Origin: Chloroflexota bacterium
Lineage (GTDB): Bacteria; Chloroflexota; Chloroflexia; Chloroflexales; Roseiflexaceae
Reading direction: 5' to 3'
Assembly: GCA_003670675.1 (NCBI GenBank)
Contig: QWQY01000001.1
Coordinates: 1-54,565, forward strand
Length of the DNA stretch: 54,565 bases
Part shown: one piece after another, positions 28,896-38,287 of the stretch
How positions within the stretch are numbered: the stretch's first letter is position 1
Layout of the letters: the number at the start of each line of letters is the position of its first letter
Notes under the pieces: model-generated
The model's database searches: none
The model's input: only the letters and a program-made list of their open reading frames with translations
Told to the model about the DNA's origin: nothing
Made by a program: the position numbers and the translations under genes

Positions 28896-28998
28896 AAGGC
28901 AGAAGTCGCGCAGCGGAGCTGCGTGGGGTTTTTTTGGGCGGGGTTTATTGCAATAAACCGCGCTCAATGCCCCGCTCAATGCGCGCATCCAACCGCGC

Positions 28999-30381
28999 TT
29001 ATGCGCCGATAACTGCAAACCGATACCCGTGTGCTGCGCACACGTCCGGATCGACCCTGACGCCGACGACCCAGACCACCGTTGCGCCGCTACAGATGAG
29101 TGGCCAGGAGGCGCGTTGCTGCGCCGGGATTTTGGCGTCGACCAGGACATCCTGGATGCGCCGGTGCTTGCCGTGGCCGATCCCAATCACATCGCCGGGC
29201 AGGCGTGTGCGGAGCAGATAGGGTTGGTCCGCACGTAAGGTGACCGTCCATGGTGATGGTGTGGTCGGCGCGTCGGTATTGGTGCAGATCAATTGTGCTG
29301 CGGTGAGTGCAATGGACGCACCCGGTTGGATTGCACACGGCGCACCCGTGTATGTGTAGGGCGAACGGACCAGCGTGCCGCGCTGCTGCAAACGGGCACG
29401 ATTGCCGTCCCACGAGAGGATGAGGTGTTGGGGTAGGGGTGTTGTCGGGGCGCTGTGGTCGAGGAGTGCCTGGTGAAGCATCGTGATGTGTTCGTCGTCG
29501 ATGCCGCGCAGGCTGCCCAGGCACGTCTGCATGAGGCGCCGCAGGGCAGCGGTTTGGAGCGCACGATGCAGGGTAATGTAGACCGCACGGTCGATCGTCG
29601 GACTGCCCGGCGTCGTGTCGACCAGGTGTGGCCAGACGTCGTCGAGGGCTGCTTCGATGAACGCGTCGGCATCGCGCAGGTGCTGGGCCGTGCTGGCCAG
29701 TATCCGATTGAGTTGGGGTTGTTCGGCGCGGAGCGCGGGCAGATGCCGGGTCCGCACCCGCACGCGGAACGACGTCTGTTTGGTGTTGGACGGATCGCTC
29801 CGCGGCGTCAGCTCCATTGCCGTGACATAGGCGTCGATGACGCTGCGATCGATGTCCAACAGGGGGCGAACGAGGGCAGCGCGCCCGCCGTTCACGCCAG
29901 CGGCCCAGGCCTGCCAGGGGACGGAGTGGGCCATGCCGGCCAATCCACGGACTCCACTGCCGCGGAGCAATCGCATCACCACGGTCTCGGCTTGGTCGTC
30001 GCGGGTATGGGCAACCAACACCACATCGGCGTTGCACGCGGCAGCATAGTGGGCGAGGCGGCGATAGCGCACTACGCGCGCGGCCTCGCTCAGATTGGGG
30101 TGGTCGGGCGCTTCGCGCGGGATGTCGGCCTGTTCGGTATGGCAGGGAATGTTCCATGCTGCGCAACAGGCGCGCACATACGTCGCATCGGCGGCGGACT
30201 CGGCGCCGCGCAGGCCATGGTCGAGGTGAAAAACCGCCAGCGCTGGTGCGTGGCGCGTCTGACATAACGCATGCAAGAGCACCAGCGAGTCGGGGCCGCC
30301 GGATACCGCCACGACGATGCGATGGGCATTCTGCAGGGCAGGGTGCTCTGCCAGGAGGGTGTGGAGCGGCTGTGCGTTCAC
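28999..30381 (-). CDS. tilS: tRNA(Ile)-lysidine synthase
   Basis: The PP-loop VAVSGGPDSLVLL and a C-terminal TilS domain. I propose a GTG start at 30381 that overlaps the upstream stop (GTGA). The ORF-track ATG at 30519 would overlap the upstream gene by 142 nt. Confidence 0.88.
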   Translation of the reverse strand: MNAQPLHTLLAEHPALQNAHRIVVAVSGGPDSLVLLHALCQTRHAPALAVFHLDHGLRGAESAADATYVRACCAAWNIPCHTEQADIPREAPDHPNLSEAARVVRYRRLAHYAAACNADVVLVAHTRDDQAETVVMRLLRGSGVRGLAGMAHSVPWQAWAAGVNGGRAALVRPLLDIDRSVIDAYVTAMELTPRSDPSNTKQTSFRVRVRTRHLPALRAEQPQLNRILASTAQHLRDADAFIEAALDDVWPHLVDTTPGSPTIDRAVYITLHRALQTAALRRLMQTCLGSLRGIDDEHITMLHQALLDHSAPTTPLPQHLILSWDGNRARLQQRGTLVRSPYTYTGAPCAIQPGASIALTAAQLICTNTDAPTTPSPWTVTLRADQPYLLRTRLPGDVIGIGHGKHRRIQDVLVDAKIPAQQRASWPLICSGATVVWVVGVRVDPDVCAAHGYRFAVIGA

Positions 30382-32207
30382 GGCAGAACGATGGTCACGA
30401 CGACGAGCTGACGCTGGTCGGCATAGGGGAGGCCGCTGATGTCTGGCATGTTCCCACTGACCGGCGTCCAGCCATAGAGGACCGCGCGCCGTTCGAGGGG
30501 CTGATTGACTGCACCGCACGGCCCCGTGATGCGCTCGTAGACGGCTTGGATGCTGACCATGTGCCCCGCTGGGCTGGGGATGTCGCAGGGGAACGACGGG
30601 CTATCTTGGGTGATTGCAATGGGCACATCGACTCCCGGGGTGATGGTGCCGAGTGACTGTGCGAAGCTGCCGATCTGGAGGTAGGCATCGCTCAGCGGTT
30701 GCCCTGCGATACGGATGGTCCCGTGCAACAGGTCAGGCGTGGTCTTGAGCGCCGTGCTGACGCTGAGCGGTGCTGGTACGTACTCACTGGTGGTGACGAA
30801 CTGCATCGAGCCGACATCGGCAGCGAGGTTGAGTGTGCTCGTGTCGGTGCCATCGCTGGTGACCGCGACGGTATCCGAGGTGAACGAGAGTTTTTGCATG
30901 CTTGTCACCCCTGTCGCTTGAGCCACAAAGGTTGTCCGGAACGGTGCATAGACGCCGCTGGTGGTTGTCGCATACCCGTCGGGACTGTCGGTTGCTTGTT
31001 GCACGATGCGCAAGCCGTAGACCTGCGGCGTCGTGCCCCGCGACAGATAGACCGAACCGATGATGATCAGGGTGTATACGACCGCTGTCGCCGGGATGGT
31101 GACCCAGGCCGCATCGAGTTGGTTCCTGCGCTTCAGGATGAGGTAGGTGACCGGACCGATGATGCCGATATACACCAACGCAATCAAAAAGAGCAACCAC
31201 GGCGTGGGCTGTTGGACAGACGCGACGGTCAGACTGGTCATCAATGGGTCAAAGACACTATTGGTCGACGGCAGGGTGATGGTCGCCATATACGTATAGG
31301 TCGATGGAGCCAACACAGGCTGCCAGTACCAGTACTGCCCGCTCCAGCCGTCGCTATCGGCGAGTGCTAATGCGCTCTGATAGACCGTCCCCCGTCCAAC
31401 CGCACGCTGCCAGAGCAACGGACTGCCGGCGTGGACCTGGGTTGCATCGGGTAAGGCACGGACCGCCGGGATGCGCACCGTGCTGGGCAACGCCGGTGCT
31501 GCGGCACTCCCCAGCGTGGTGACTGCAGGGAGTGACGGATCGATGACAAACGGTGCGATAGGGCTGAGCAGTGCACCAGCTGGGCCGGCAATCACCAAGC
31601 GTCCGCCCAGTTCGCACCAGAGTCGCAGGGTCCGCAACTGGGCGTCGGTGAGGACGCTGGTGTCCGAGATGAGGATCGTATTGACGCCCTGGAGGGCGAT
31701 GATGTTGGTCGGCAGGGCGGCGGCGCGGATGGTACGCACAACCGGCGTCGAGCCATCGACCGAGACAGTGGAGGTAAAGGTCTTGGCCAGCGTAGTTTGA
31801 TCGGCGACGATGACATTGAGCTGGCCGACGGCGACTTGGGCATCGATTTGGGTGCTGGCGATAATCCCCTCGCTGCTCCGCACCCGCGCAATGATGCTGC
31901 GTGCAGAGGACGGCATGACCATTACCGTGTCGATGGTGACAGGCGTCCCGGCTTGGAGCGCGAGGGCACGCTGCCAGGTGATGGCGGGTTGCGAATCTGC
32001 GGTAACCACCCATTCGATGGTGACCGGCATGTTGATGGGGATATCGTCGATGGTGATGCGGACGGGGGTCCAACTGTCTGCGAAATAGACGTTATCGTAG
32101 CCGACAGCGGTCGTAATCGAGACGCGATTGGTGACTTGGGCTGCCACTGCGCGGGGGACCATCACGAGGCAGACAATGGCGATAATCAACAAGCGGGAGA
32201 GTCGCAT
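30378..32207 (-). CDS. Secreted/membrane-anchored hypothetical protein (signal peptide, central TM hairpin)
   Basis: MRLSRLLIIAIVCLVMVPRAVAAQ looks like a signal peptide. The TM pair is PWLLFLIALVYIGIIGPVTYLIL and WVTIPATAVVYTLIIIGSVYL. I recognise no catalytic motif. Confidence 0.55.
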   Translation of the reverse strand: MRLSRLLIIAIVCLVMVPRAVAAQVTNRVSITTAVGYDNVYFADSWTPVRITIDDIPINMPVTIEWVVTADSQPAITWQRALALQAGTPVTIDTVMVMPSSARSIIARVRSSEGIIASTQIDAQVAVGQLNVIVADQTTLAKTFTSTVSVDGSTPVVRTIRAAALPTNIIALQGVNTILISDTSVLTDAQLRTLRLWCELGGRLVIAGPAGALLSPIAPFVIDPSLPAVTTLGSAAAPALPSTVRIPAVRALPDATQVHAGSPLLWQRAVGRGTVYQSALALADSDGWSGQYWYWQPVLAPSTYTYMATITLPSTNSVFDPLMTSLTVASVQQPTPWLLFLIALVYIGIIGPVTYLILKRRNQLDAAWVTIPATAVVYTLIIIGSVYLSRGTTPQVYGLRIVQQATDSPDGYATTTSGVYAPFRTTFVAQATGVTSMQKLSFTSDTVAVTSDGTDTSTLNLAADVGSMQFVTTSEYVPAPLSVSTALKTTPDLLHGTIRIAGQPLSDAYLQIGSFAQSLGTITPGVDVPIAITQDSPSFPCDIPSPAGHMVSIQAVYERITGPCGAVNQPLERRAVLYGWTPVSGNMPDISGLPYADQRQLVVVTIVLP

Positions 32208-32215
32208 AGCGTACC

Positions 32216-32899
32216 TCAGGGGTGCGAGCGCATTCCTGTGGGAACGAGACTCAGCACATAAGCGAGGGTATCAGCGGGGGATTGTGTGTCGCCGTTTATG
32301 TGGACCGCGTCGGGGGCAGGTTGCATGACGTGGGCGTCACGGGCATCGCGATTGGCGATCGAATCGTACAGGGCATGTTCGTCGACGCTATCGCCGCGCC
32401 CAACGAGTTCGGCACTGCGGCGGCGAGTGCGTTCGGCAATCGAGACATCGAGGTAGATTTTGAGGGGGGCTTCGGGCAGTACAATAGAACCAATATCGCG
32501 ACCGACCATTACTACGGTGCCGCGCATGCCGATGGCACGCTGTTGGGCGCGTAGGATGACCCTTACTGCGGGATGGCCGGCTGCGGTCGAGACGGCGCGT
32601 TCGACGCGTTGTTCGCGGATGTCCCAGGTGACGTCGCGGCCATCGAGGGTAATGGTGTATTGCCGACCATCGGCGACCGTGGGTGGTTGCACCCCGATAT
32701 CGATGCGTTCGGCACAGGCAGCAACAGCAGTGCCATCGCTGGGGTCGATATCGGCATCGAGCACGGCGAGGGTCAAGGCGCGATACATCACGCCGGTGTC
32801 GAAGTAGACGAATCCGAGCGCAGCAGCCAACGACGCACCCAATGTGCTTTTGCCGGACCCAGCGGGGCCATCGATGGTGATTGCGCGGGGAGTATTCAT
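32216..32899 (-). CDS. cmk: Cytidylate kinase
   Basis: ITIDGPAGSGKSTLG...YFDTGVMYRA. Confidence 0.93.
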   Translation of the reverse strand: MNTPRAITIDGPAGSGKSTLGASLAAALGFVYFDTGVMYRALTLAVLDADIDPSDGTAVAACAERIDIGVQPPTVADGRQYTITLDGRDVTWDIREQRVERAVSTAAGHPAVRVILRAQQRAIGMRGTVVMVGRDIGSIVLPEAPLKIYLDVSIAERTRRRSAELVGRGDSVDEHALYDSIANRDARDAHVMQPAPDAVHINGDTQSPADTLAYVLSLVPTGMRSHP

Positions 32900-32980
32900 G
32901 CGACCTCTTGTAACAGATTATACATACGCGATTATACGGTATTGCAGCGCCTCCCCGAGCACAATGGTGGGACGTGCGCA

Positions 32981-35900
32981 ATGAACGGCCGCTTGCCGAT
33001 GGTGCGCCGCTGGGGGTGGGTTGCGTTGCTGGGCTGTGCCGTGGTCTTGGGAGCGTTGCTGCGCGGGCAGGCCTTGTACCGCTGGGACGGCGTGGCCATG
33101 CAGCACCCGGACGAGCGATTTTTGGTGTACACCGCGTATTATGCTTCGGTGCCGCCTGATTTCCGTAGCTACCTGACGACATCGTGTCCACCCACCGCAT
33201 CGGTGCCGGCGGCACCGTCGGGGAGCGCAGATCGCACGGCGAAGCTTTCCCCTGATGCCGGGTATACCCCGTCGATTCCCCTCGCCTGCAATACCCTCAA
33301 TCCACGCACCCAAGACTGGTCGCGCGTGTTCGTCTATGGCACATTGCCCACCACACTGATGCGTGTGGTCAGCACGGCGGTGTATGGCGCAGACGCCCGG
33401 CCGCTGGACATCCGCAATGTGGGCCGAACCCTGGCCTGCATCGCCGAGATTGTTGCAATCCTGATGGTCTATCTGTTGGCGCGTGCGCTGACGGTACGCC
33501 CGTTGGCTGCCGTGGCGGCACTACTGTATGCGCTCGCGCCGTTGCCCATCCAGCTCAGTCATTTTGCCACGGTCGATGCCATTGCCAGCCCGTGGGTCCT
33601 CGCGGCGCTAGCGCTCGCGGTGCGCCTGCCGCGATTGCGCTGGCCGGGCTGGCTGGCGCTGGCGCTGTGCATTGCGGTGGCGGCGGCGATGCGCATTACG
33701 CTGCTCAGCCTGTGGGTGCTGGTACCCCTCCACTGGCTGGTCGTACGACAACTCCCGACCCGACGACAGGTCGGGCAGGCGTTGCTGGCGGGCAGTCTGT
33801 CGCTCGTCGGGTTGTGGCTGTGCGACCCGACGATCTGGAACGGCTGGTGGTTCGACGCGCGCTGGCTCCACGACATTCTGCTCGCCGGCCGGCTGGTCAA
33901 CGGGATGGTCGACACGCCGCCGACGTACCAATGGTCGTGGCAGACGCCCTTCATCTATCCGCTGACGCAAATGGGCTGGTGGGGGATGGGGCTGCCGCTG
34001 TTGCTGGCGGCGACTCTGGGCTGGCTGTGGCAGAGTCTGCAGCCGCGCCGGCGGGTCTGGTTGTTGTGGCTGTGGGTGACCCTGTATCTGCTCTGGCAGG
34101 GGGCAGTTTTTGGTATGACGATGCGCTACTATCTGCCCGTCTATGGTGCGGCCTGCGTGTTGGCCATGGTCGGGTTGGGTCGGCTGGCACGGCCGTGGCG
34201 CACGGTATGTATGTCGCTCCTTGTGCTCGGGACTGCGCTGATGGCCGTCGGATGGAGTGGCCTGTATGCAACCGAGCATCCACGAATCGTGGCCAGCCGC
34301 TGGATGTATGCGCAGATCCCCGCAGGGGCGACGTTGGCCGTCGAAGAGTGGGACGATGTCTTGCCGTTGACGTTTTCGCAGAGCGAACGACCGCAGCGCT
34401 ACACTGTCGTGTCGTTGCCGGTCTACGACGCCGACCGGCCGGCCAAATTTTTGGCGACAGACCCTAACCGGCGCGGCATCATCGACCTGCTGGATCAGGC
34501 GGAGTATGTGATTGTAAGCAGTGCACGTGCACAGGCGGTCATCCGCGCGATGCCGGCCCGGTTCCCCATTATGGAGCGCTATTACCGTGCTCTGGCGGAC
34601 GGCTCACTCGGCTTTGTGCCGATGTTCCGGGCGGAGCGCTGGCCACACATCGGGCCGTGGCAGTGGGATACGCGTCGCGCCGAAGAAGCGTTTTCGGTCT
34701 ATGACCACCCGCAGGTCGTCATCTATGCCAAAACCGCGCAGTACAGCCACGCCCGCGCCGTCGCCCTGCTGACCGACCCGCCGCTCTGGAGCAGTGTGGC
34801 CGCGGTCGATACCCGCACCTACCGCGCCTGGCCGCACCTCGGTGCCGTGGCGACGGCCGATTGGCAGCGCTGGCGTACACAGCCACTGCCGACACACATG
34901 CCCAGCTGGCTGACGATCCTGTGTGCAATCACACTGGGAGTCCTCGCTCTGCGGCGCTGGTCACCGTGGTGGGTGGCCGGGGTGTGTGGATTAGTCGTGC
35001 TGATCGGCCTGGTCCTGTGGCGTGTCGAAGCGCCGGTGGTTGTGCACCAGATCGCCGTGCTCATCCGCAGCGGCGCCGATCAGCCACTCGACCCGTGGCT
35101 GGCCGGTCATCTGCGCCCGGTAGAGGTGTTTGGGTGGCAGGGGATGGCCGTCCTGGGGCAGTATTTGGGGGTGGCGGCCCCCTGGGTGCTGGCATGGTCA
35201 GGCGCTGTTGCCGTCACGCTCTGCGCTGCGGCATGGAGCCGCGTGGGCGACCGATGGCGTGCAGCGGCAGCGCTGCTCGTCCCGATTGCGCTGGCGGGAA
35301 CGGTCCAGTCGTTGGGGGTGTGGCGTGACGGGGTGACGCCGTGGCTGTTGGTGTGTAGTGTGGTGGGGATTATCTACGCATGGGCGTTACGCCGCCCGGA
35401 TGCGCTGGCGCACATCCGGCGCTGGCTGTGGTGGGGAATAATCCCCGTCCTCGTCATTGCCGCTGCTGTGGTCCGCACACACAGCTGGCACTGGCCCACA
35501 CAGGCGCCGTTTTTGTGGCTACTAGTCTGTTGGCCGCTCCTGGTGGCCATTGCGCGGCAGGCATGTGTTGTCTGGCGTGAAGCCCCTGCGCAACGCGGCG
35601 TGTTGGCGGCACTGCTGGTCACGAGTACGGGGGTGTTGGGAGCTGCCATCGGTGCGGACCTGCAACTCTGGCTCGTGCTGGTCCCCGTACTGGCAACGAC
35701 GGGTTGGCTGCTGCGCCACGGGTTATCGCCCGCCTGGGGGTGGGCAATGGGAGTGGCCCTCGGATGGGCTGCGGCCGACCCACGATTGCAGGCACTGCTG
35801 TTGCCGTGGTTGGCTGCCGCCGCGCTCTGGTGGGGCCTGAGCCGCGCCGGACCGCGTTTGTACCAAGGTCTGGCGGGCGGCGCGCTGGTGGTGATCGTGG

Positions 35901-36253
35901 TACTGCTGGTGGCTGTGCGACCGGCCGACGCCGACCCCCGCGTCGCACGGGCGCTGGCCGCGTTGGCCGATACCCGTCAGGGCGTGTTTGTGGTGGCCGG
36001 CGCCGACGATGCAGTGACCGATGCCGTCGCGCGCCGACTGGGGTTGGTGCAGTACAACGGGATTGCCCCGCTCGCACAGACGCCTGCCGTCTACGGCTGG
36101 CAACAGCTGCGCATTGCGCGGCGTGGGCAGATTGCCCGGGTACGTGCTGGCCAACAGGAGCCGTGTGCGGTAGCGGGGTTAGATATCTGGGTGGCAGCCG
36201 ACGGGGCGGTGCAGATCTGTACCGATGCCGCACCGCTGCCCACGCGCCCATAA
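32981..36253 (+). CDS. Polytopic GT-C-like (ArnT/PMT-like) membrane protein, 1090 aa; paralog of the N-terminal module of the 2570-aa protein
   Basis: HPDERF follows TM1 (33104-33121). Shared blocks with the giant protein are ALADGSLGF (34589-34615 versus 43508-43534) and EEAFSVYDHP. There are many TM helices. The start was moved to the ATG at 32981; the ORF-track start at 32573 lies antisense inside cmk. Confidence 0.7.
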   Translation: MNGRLPMVRRWGWVALLGCAVVLGALLRGQALYRWDGVAMQHPDERFLVYTAYYASVPPDFRSYLTTSCPPTASVPAAPSGSADRTAKLSPDAGYTPSIPLACNTLNPRTQDWSRVFVYGTLPTTLMRVVSTAVYGADARPLDIRNVGRTLACIAEIVAILMVYLLARALTVRPLAAVAALLYALAPLPIQLSHFATVDAIASPWVLAALALAVRLPRLRWPGWLALALCIAVAAAMRITLLSLWVLVPLHWLVVRQLPTRRQVGQALLAGSLSLVGLWLCDPTIWNGWWFDARWLHDILLAGRLVNGMVDTPPTYQWSWQTPFIYPLTQMGWWGMGLPLLLAATLGWLWQSLQPRRRVWLLWLWVTLYLLWQGAVFGMTMRYYLPVYGAACVLAMVGLGRLARPWRTVCMSLLVLGTALMAVGWSGLYATEHPRIVASRWMYAQIPAGATLAVEEWDDVLPLTFSQSERPQRYTVVSLPVYDADRPAKFLATDPNRRGIIDLLDQAEYVIVSSARAQAVIRAMPARFPIMERYYRALADGSLGFVPMFRAERWPHIGPWQWDTRRAEEAFSVYDHPQVVIYAKTAQYSHARAVALLTDPPLWSSVAAVDTRTYRAWPHLGAVATADWQRWRTQPLPTHMPSWLTILCAITLGVLALRRWSPWWVAGVCGLVVLIGLVLWRVEAPVVVHQIAVLIRSGADQPLDPWLAGHLRPVEVFGWQGMAVLGQYLGVAAPWVLAWSGAVAVTLCAAAWSRVGDRWRAAAALLVPIALAGTVQSLGVWRDGVTPWLLVCSVVGIIYAWALRRPDALAHIRRWLWWGIIPVLVIAAAVVRTHSWHWPTQAPFLWLLVCWPLLVAIARQACVVWREAPAQRGVLAALLVTSTGVLGAAIGADLQLWLVLVPVLATTGWLLRHGLSPAWGWAMGVALGWAAADPRLQALLLPWLAAAALWWGLSRAGPRLYQGLAGGALVVIVVLLVAVRPADADPRVARALAALADTRQGVFVVAGADDAVTDAVARRLGLVQYNGIAPLAQTPAVYGWQQLRIARRGQIARVRAGQQEPCAVAGLDIWVAADGAVQICTDAAPLPTRP

Positions 36254-36257
36254 CAAA

Positions 36258-36290
36258 CTGCCCCCCATCTGCAATGCAGACGGGGGGCAG
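36258..36290. terminator. Bidirectional terminator hairpin between convergent genes
   Basis: CTGCCCCCCATCTGCA / TGCAGACGGGGGGCAG, a roughly 16-bp stem with one mismatch. Confidence 0.65.
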
Positions 36291-36301
36291 GACAGAAGGC
36301 G

Positions 36302-37306
36302 TTATTTGGCGACGGACACCGACGAACCGCCTTTGGCGGCCGAGAGTTGAATGGCGTCCCACAGGCGGGCCATGCGCAAGCCGACTTCGGGTGGGCAGGG
36401 GTTGGCCGCGCCGGCACGCACGCCGAGGAACTGCTCCCACACACCCAACGATGCAGGCGTGACCACCGGCGTGACCGGCGTGCCGCCCTTGTGCTGGATA
36501 GCCAAGCTTTCGCCCCACACGCCGGTATAGAGGATGCCCTTGTCACCAAAGACGCGGATGTCGGATTCGCACGACTCCATTGCCTCGCCACACCCGTGGA
36601 GCGAAACGAGGATGCCGGATTTGAGGCGGGCAATCACCACCCCCAGCGTCTCGACCGGGCGGCCTTGATTGTCGAGGTAGGCAGCCACTTCGGCCACATC
36701 CTCGCCGGCCAAATCGACGGTCGTGTTGAGCAAATGTGCGCCGGTATCGAACAAAAATCCACCGCCGGCCATTGCCGGGATCTGGCGCCAGGTGTTGACG
36801 GTATTGACCCCCCAGTTTTGCCAGACCACGCCGCTGATGGTCTTGATGGTGCCGATGTCGCCGTTGCGGAGCATGGTTGCCGCTGTGCGTACATTGGGCG
36901 ACAGACTACCGGGGAACGCCACTACGAGCAACTTGCCGGATTTGTCGCGCGCTGCGATTAGGCTTTCGGCCTCGCGGCCGGTCATCACCATGGGTTTTTC
37001 GAGCAGCACGTCGATGCCGGCCTCGAGGCAGGCTTTGGTCTGATCATGGTGGAACACATGCGGCGTGATGATGAAGGCCGCATCGATCTGGCCACGCTGA
37101 TCGCTCAGCAATTTGGCCAAATCGGGCTGGTTCGGCGGCACGGGCACGCCAGCTTCGTCGAACAGTGCCGCGGTCTCTTCGTAGGCCTGCGCCGACGGCT
37201 CACACACATGACTGATGGTCGTGGTGGCCTGCATTTTGAGCATGTTGCGGATGTGATGGCGGGCCATGCCGCCGCAGCCAATCATGACGGTTCGCGTTTT
37301 GGACAT
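36302..37306 (-). CDS. Gfo/Idh/MocA family NAD(P)-dependent oxidoreductase
   Basis: [11 protein letters not shown] Rossmann N-terminus, EKPM motif (LLEKPMVMT). AGGAG lies upstream of the ATG at 37306. Confidence 0.85.
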   Translation of the reverse strand: MSKTRTVMIGCGGMARHHIRNMLKMQATTTISHVCEPSAQAYEETAALFDEAGVPVPPNQPDLAKLLSDQRGQIDAAFIITPHVFHHDQTKACLEAGIDVLLEKPMVMTGREAESLIAARDKSGKLLVVAFPGSLSPNVRTAATMLRNGDIGTIKTISGVVWQNWGVNTVNTWRQIPAMAGGGFLFDTGAHLLNTTVDLAGEDVAEVAAYLDNQGRPVETLGVVIARLKSGILVSLHGCGEAMESCESDIRVFGDKGILYTGVWGESLAIQHKGGTPVTPVVTPASLGVWEQFLGVRAGAANPCPPEVGLRMARLWDAIQLSAAKGGSSVSVAK

Positions 37307-37354
37307 CGTTGTCTCCTCTGGTGGGGCGTATCGTGCCTGCATTGTACCAGCGCT

Positions 37355-38107
37355 TTAGCCGCGCCCGACAAACGGCATGTTGGTCGCCATAATGGTCTGG
37401 AACAACACATTGGCGCTCAACGGCAACTCGGCCATCTGGACAATCGCCGTGCCGACGTGAGCGACATCCATCAGTGGTTCGGCGACCACCGCGCCATGTG
37501 CTTGCATGATGCCGCTGCCCATGCGTTCGGCCATATCGGTCGCCGCGTTGCCGATGTCGATTTGGCCCACGGCGATGCGGTAGGCACGGCCGTCGAGGGC
37601 TGCCGTTTTGGTCAAGCCGGTGACCGCATGTTTGGTCGCGGTATAGGCTATCGAATGCGGCCGTGGGGTCGTTGCCGATATCGATCCGTTGTTGATGATG
37701 CGCCCACCCTGCGGGGTTTGTGCCTTCATGACGCGGAACGCATGCTGTAGACAGTAGAACATTCCGTTCAAATTGACGTCGACCGTGGCCTTCCAATCGT
37801 CGATGTCGAGCTCGTCGATGGGCACGGCTGGCGCACCGCGACCGGCGTTGTTGAACAACAAATCCACCCGTCCATACTGCGCGACCGCTGCGTCGAACAG
37901 CGCCCGCACCTGGACCGGCTTGGTCACATCGGTGGGCATTACCAGCATCTGCGCGGGTGTGACGGCGTCGCGGGCGACCGCATGCAGTCGATCGGCGTTC
38001 CGACCGGCGAGCACGACGTTCCAACCCGCAGCGCACAACGCCAGACTGGCAGCACGACCGATGCCGCTACCGGCACCCGTCACAATGGCGGTTTTGGGGG
38101 TCTGCAT
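37355..38107 (-). CDS. Short-chain dehydrogenase/reductase (SDR)
   Basis: [22 protein letters not shown]. Confidence 0.85.
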   Translation of the reverse strand: MQTPKTAIVTGAGSGIGRAASLALCAAGWNVVLAGRNADRLHAVARDAVTPAQMLVMPTDVTKPVQVRALFDAAVAQYGRVDLLFNNAGRGAPAVPIDELDIDDWKATVDVNLNGMFYCLQHAFRVMKAQTPQGGRIINNGSISATTPRPHSIAYTATKHAVTGLTKTAALDGRAYRIAVGQIDIGNAATDMAERMGSGIMQAHGAVVAEPLMDVAHVGTAIVQMAELPLSANVLFQTIMATNMPFVGRG

Positions 38108-38233
38108 GGGCAGTACCTTTCTCGTTGACGATGGCATGATGATGAGAAAACCAAAGGGTCGGAGGCCTGGGATGCGTCACCGTACGTGCACGGACGGGGC
38201 GGTTGGGGTGATGTGCGCGGCCATCTGACGCAA

Positions 38234-38270
38234 ATCCCCCGGTTGCCCGGACGTGGGCAAGCCGGGGGAT
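38234..38270 (-). terminator. Hairpin after the methyltransferase gene (probable terminator)
   Basis: ATCCCCCGGTTGCCC...GGGCAAGCCGGGGGAT, a 15-bp stem with one bulge, followed on the minus strand by TTTGCG. Confidence 0.5.
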
Positions 38271-38287
38271 GCAGCGACCGCGTCGCG

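Noticed and set aside
28750-28956. A 68-aa ORF translating the heptamer array as ISYQLSVISYQLSV…
   Set aside because: The reading frame exists only because 3 x 7 nt regenerates the frame. There is no RBS, and it begins antisense inside the hpt start region. I treat it as non-coding repeat DNA.
30382-30519. The ATG-initiated 46-codon N-terminal extension of tilS
   Set aside because: It would overlap the 3' end of the upstream 609-aa gene by 142 nt and adds an Arg/Pro-rich sequence not found in TilS. The GTG at 30381 gives a canonical distance to the PP-loop.
32573-32980. The upstream 136 codons of the 1226-aa ORF-track entry
   Set aside because: This part is antisense to cmk and has no membrane-protein character. 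The ATG at 32981 begins a signal-anchor-like N-terminus (MNGRLPMVRRWGWVALLGCAVVLGALL) right after the cmk divergent region.
33559-36633. Numerous 100-300-aa ORFs in all frames (for example 35619-36518 and 35704-36462)
   Set aside because: They are Arg/Pro/Ala-rich shadow ORFs within very GC-rich DNA that is already explained by the 1090-aa membrane protein and the Gfo/Idh/MocA gene.
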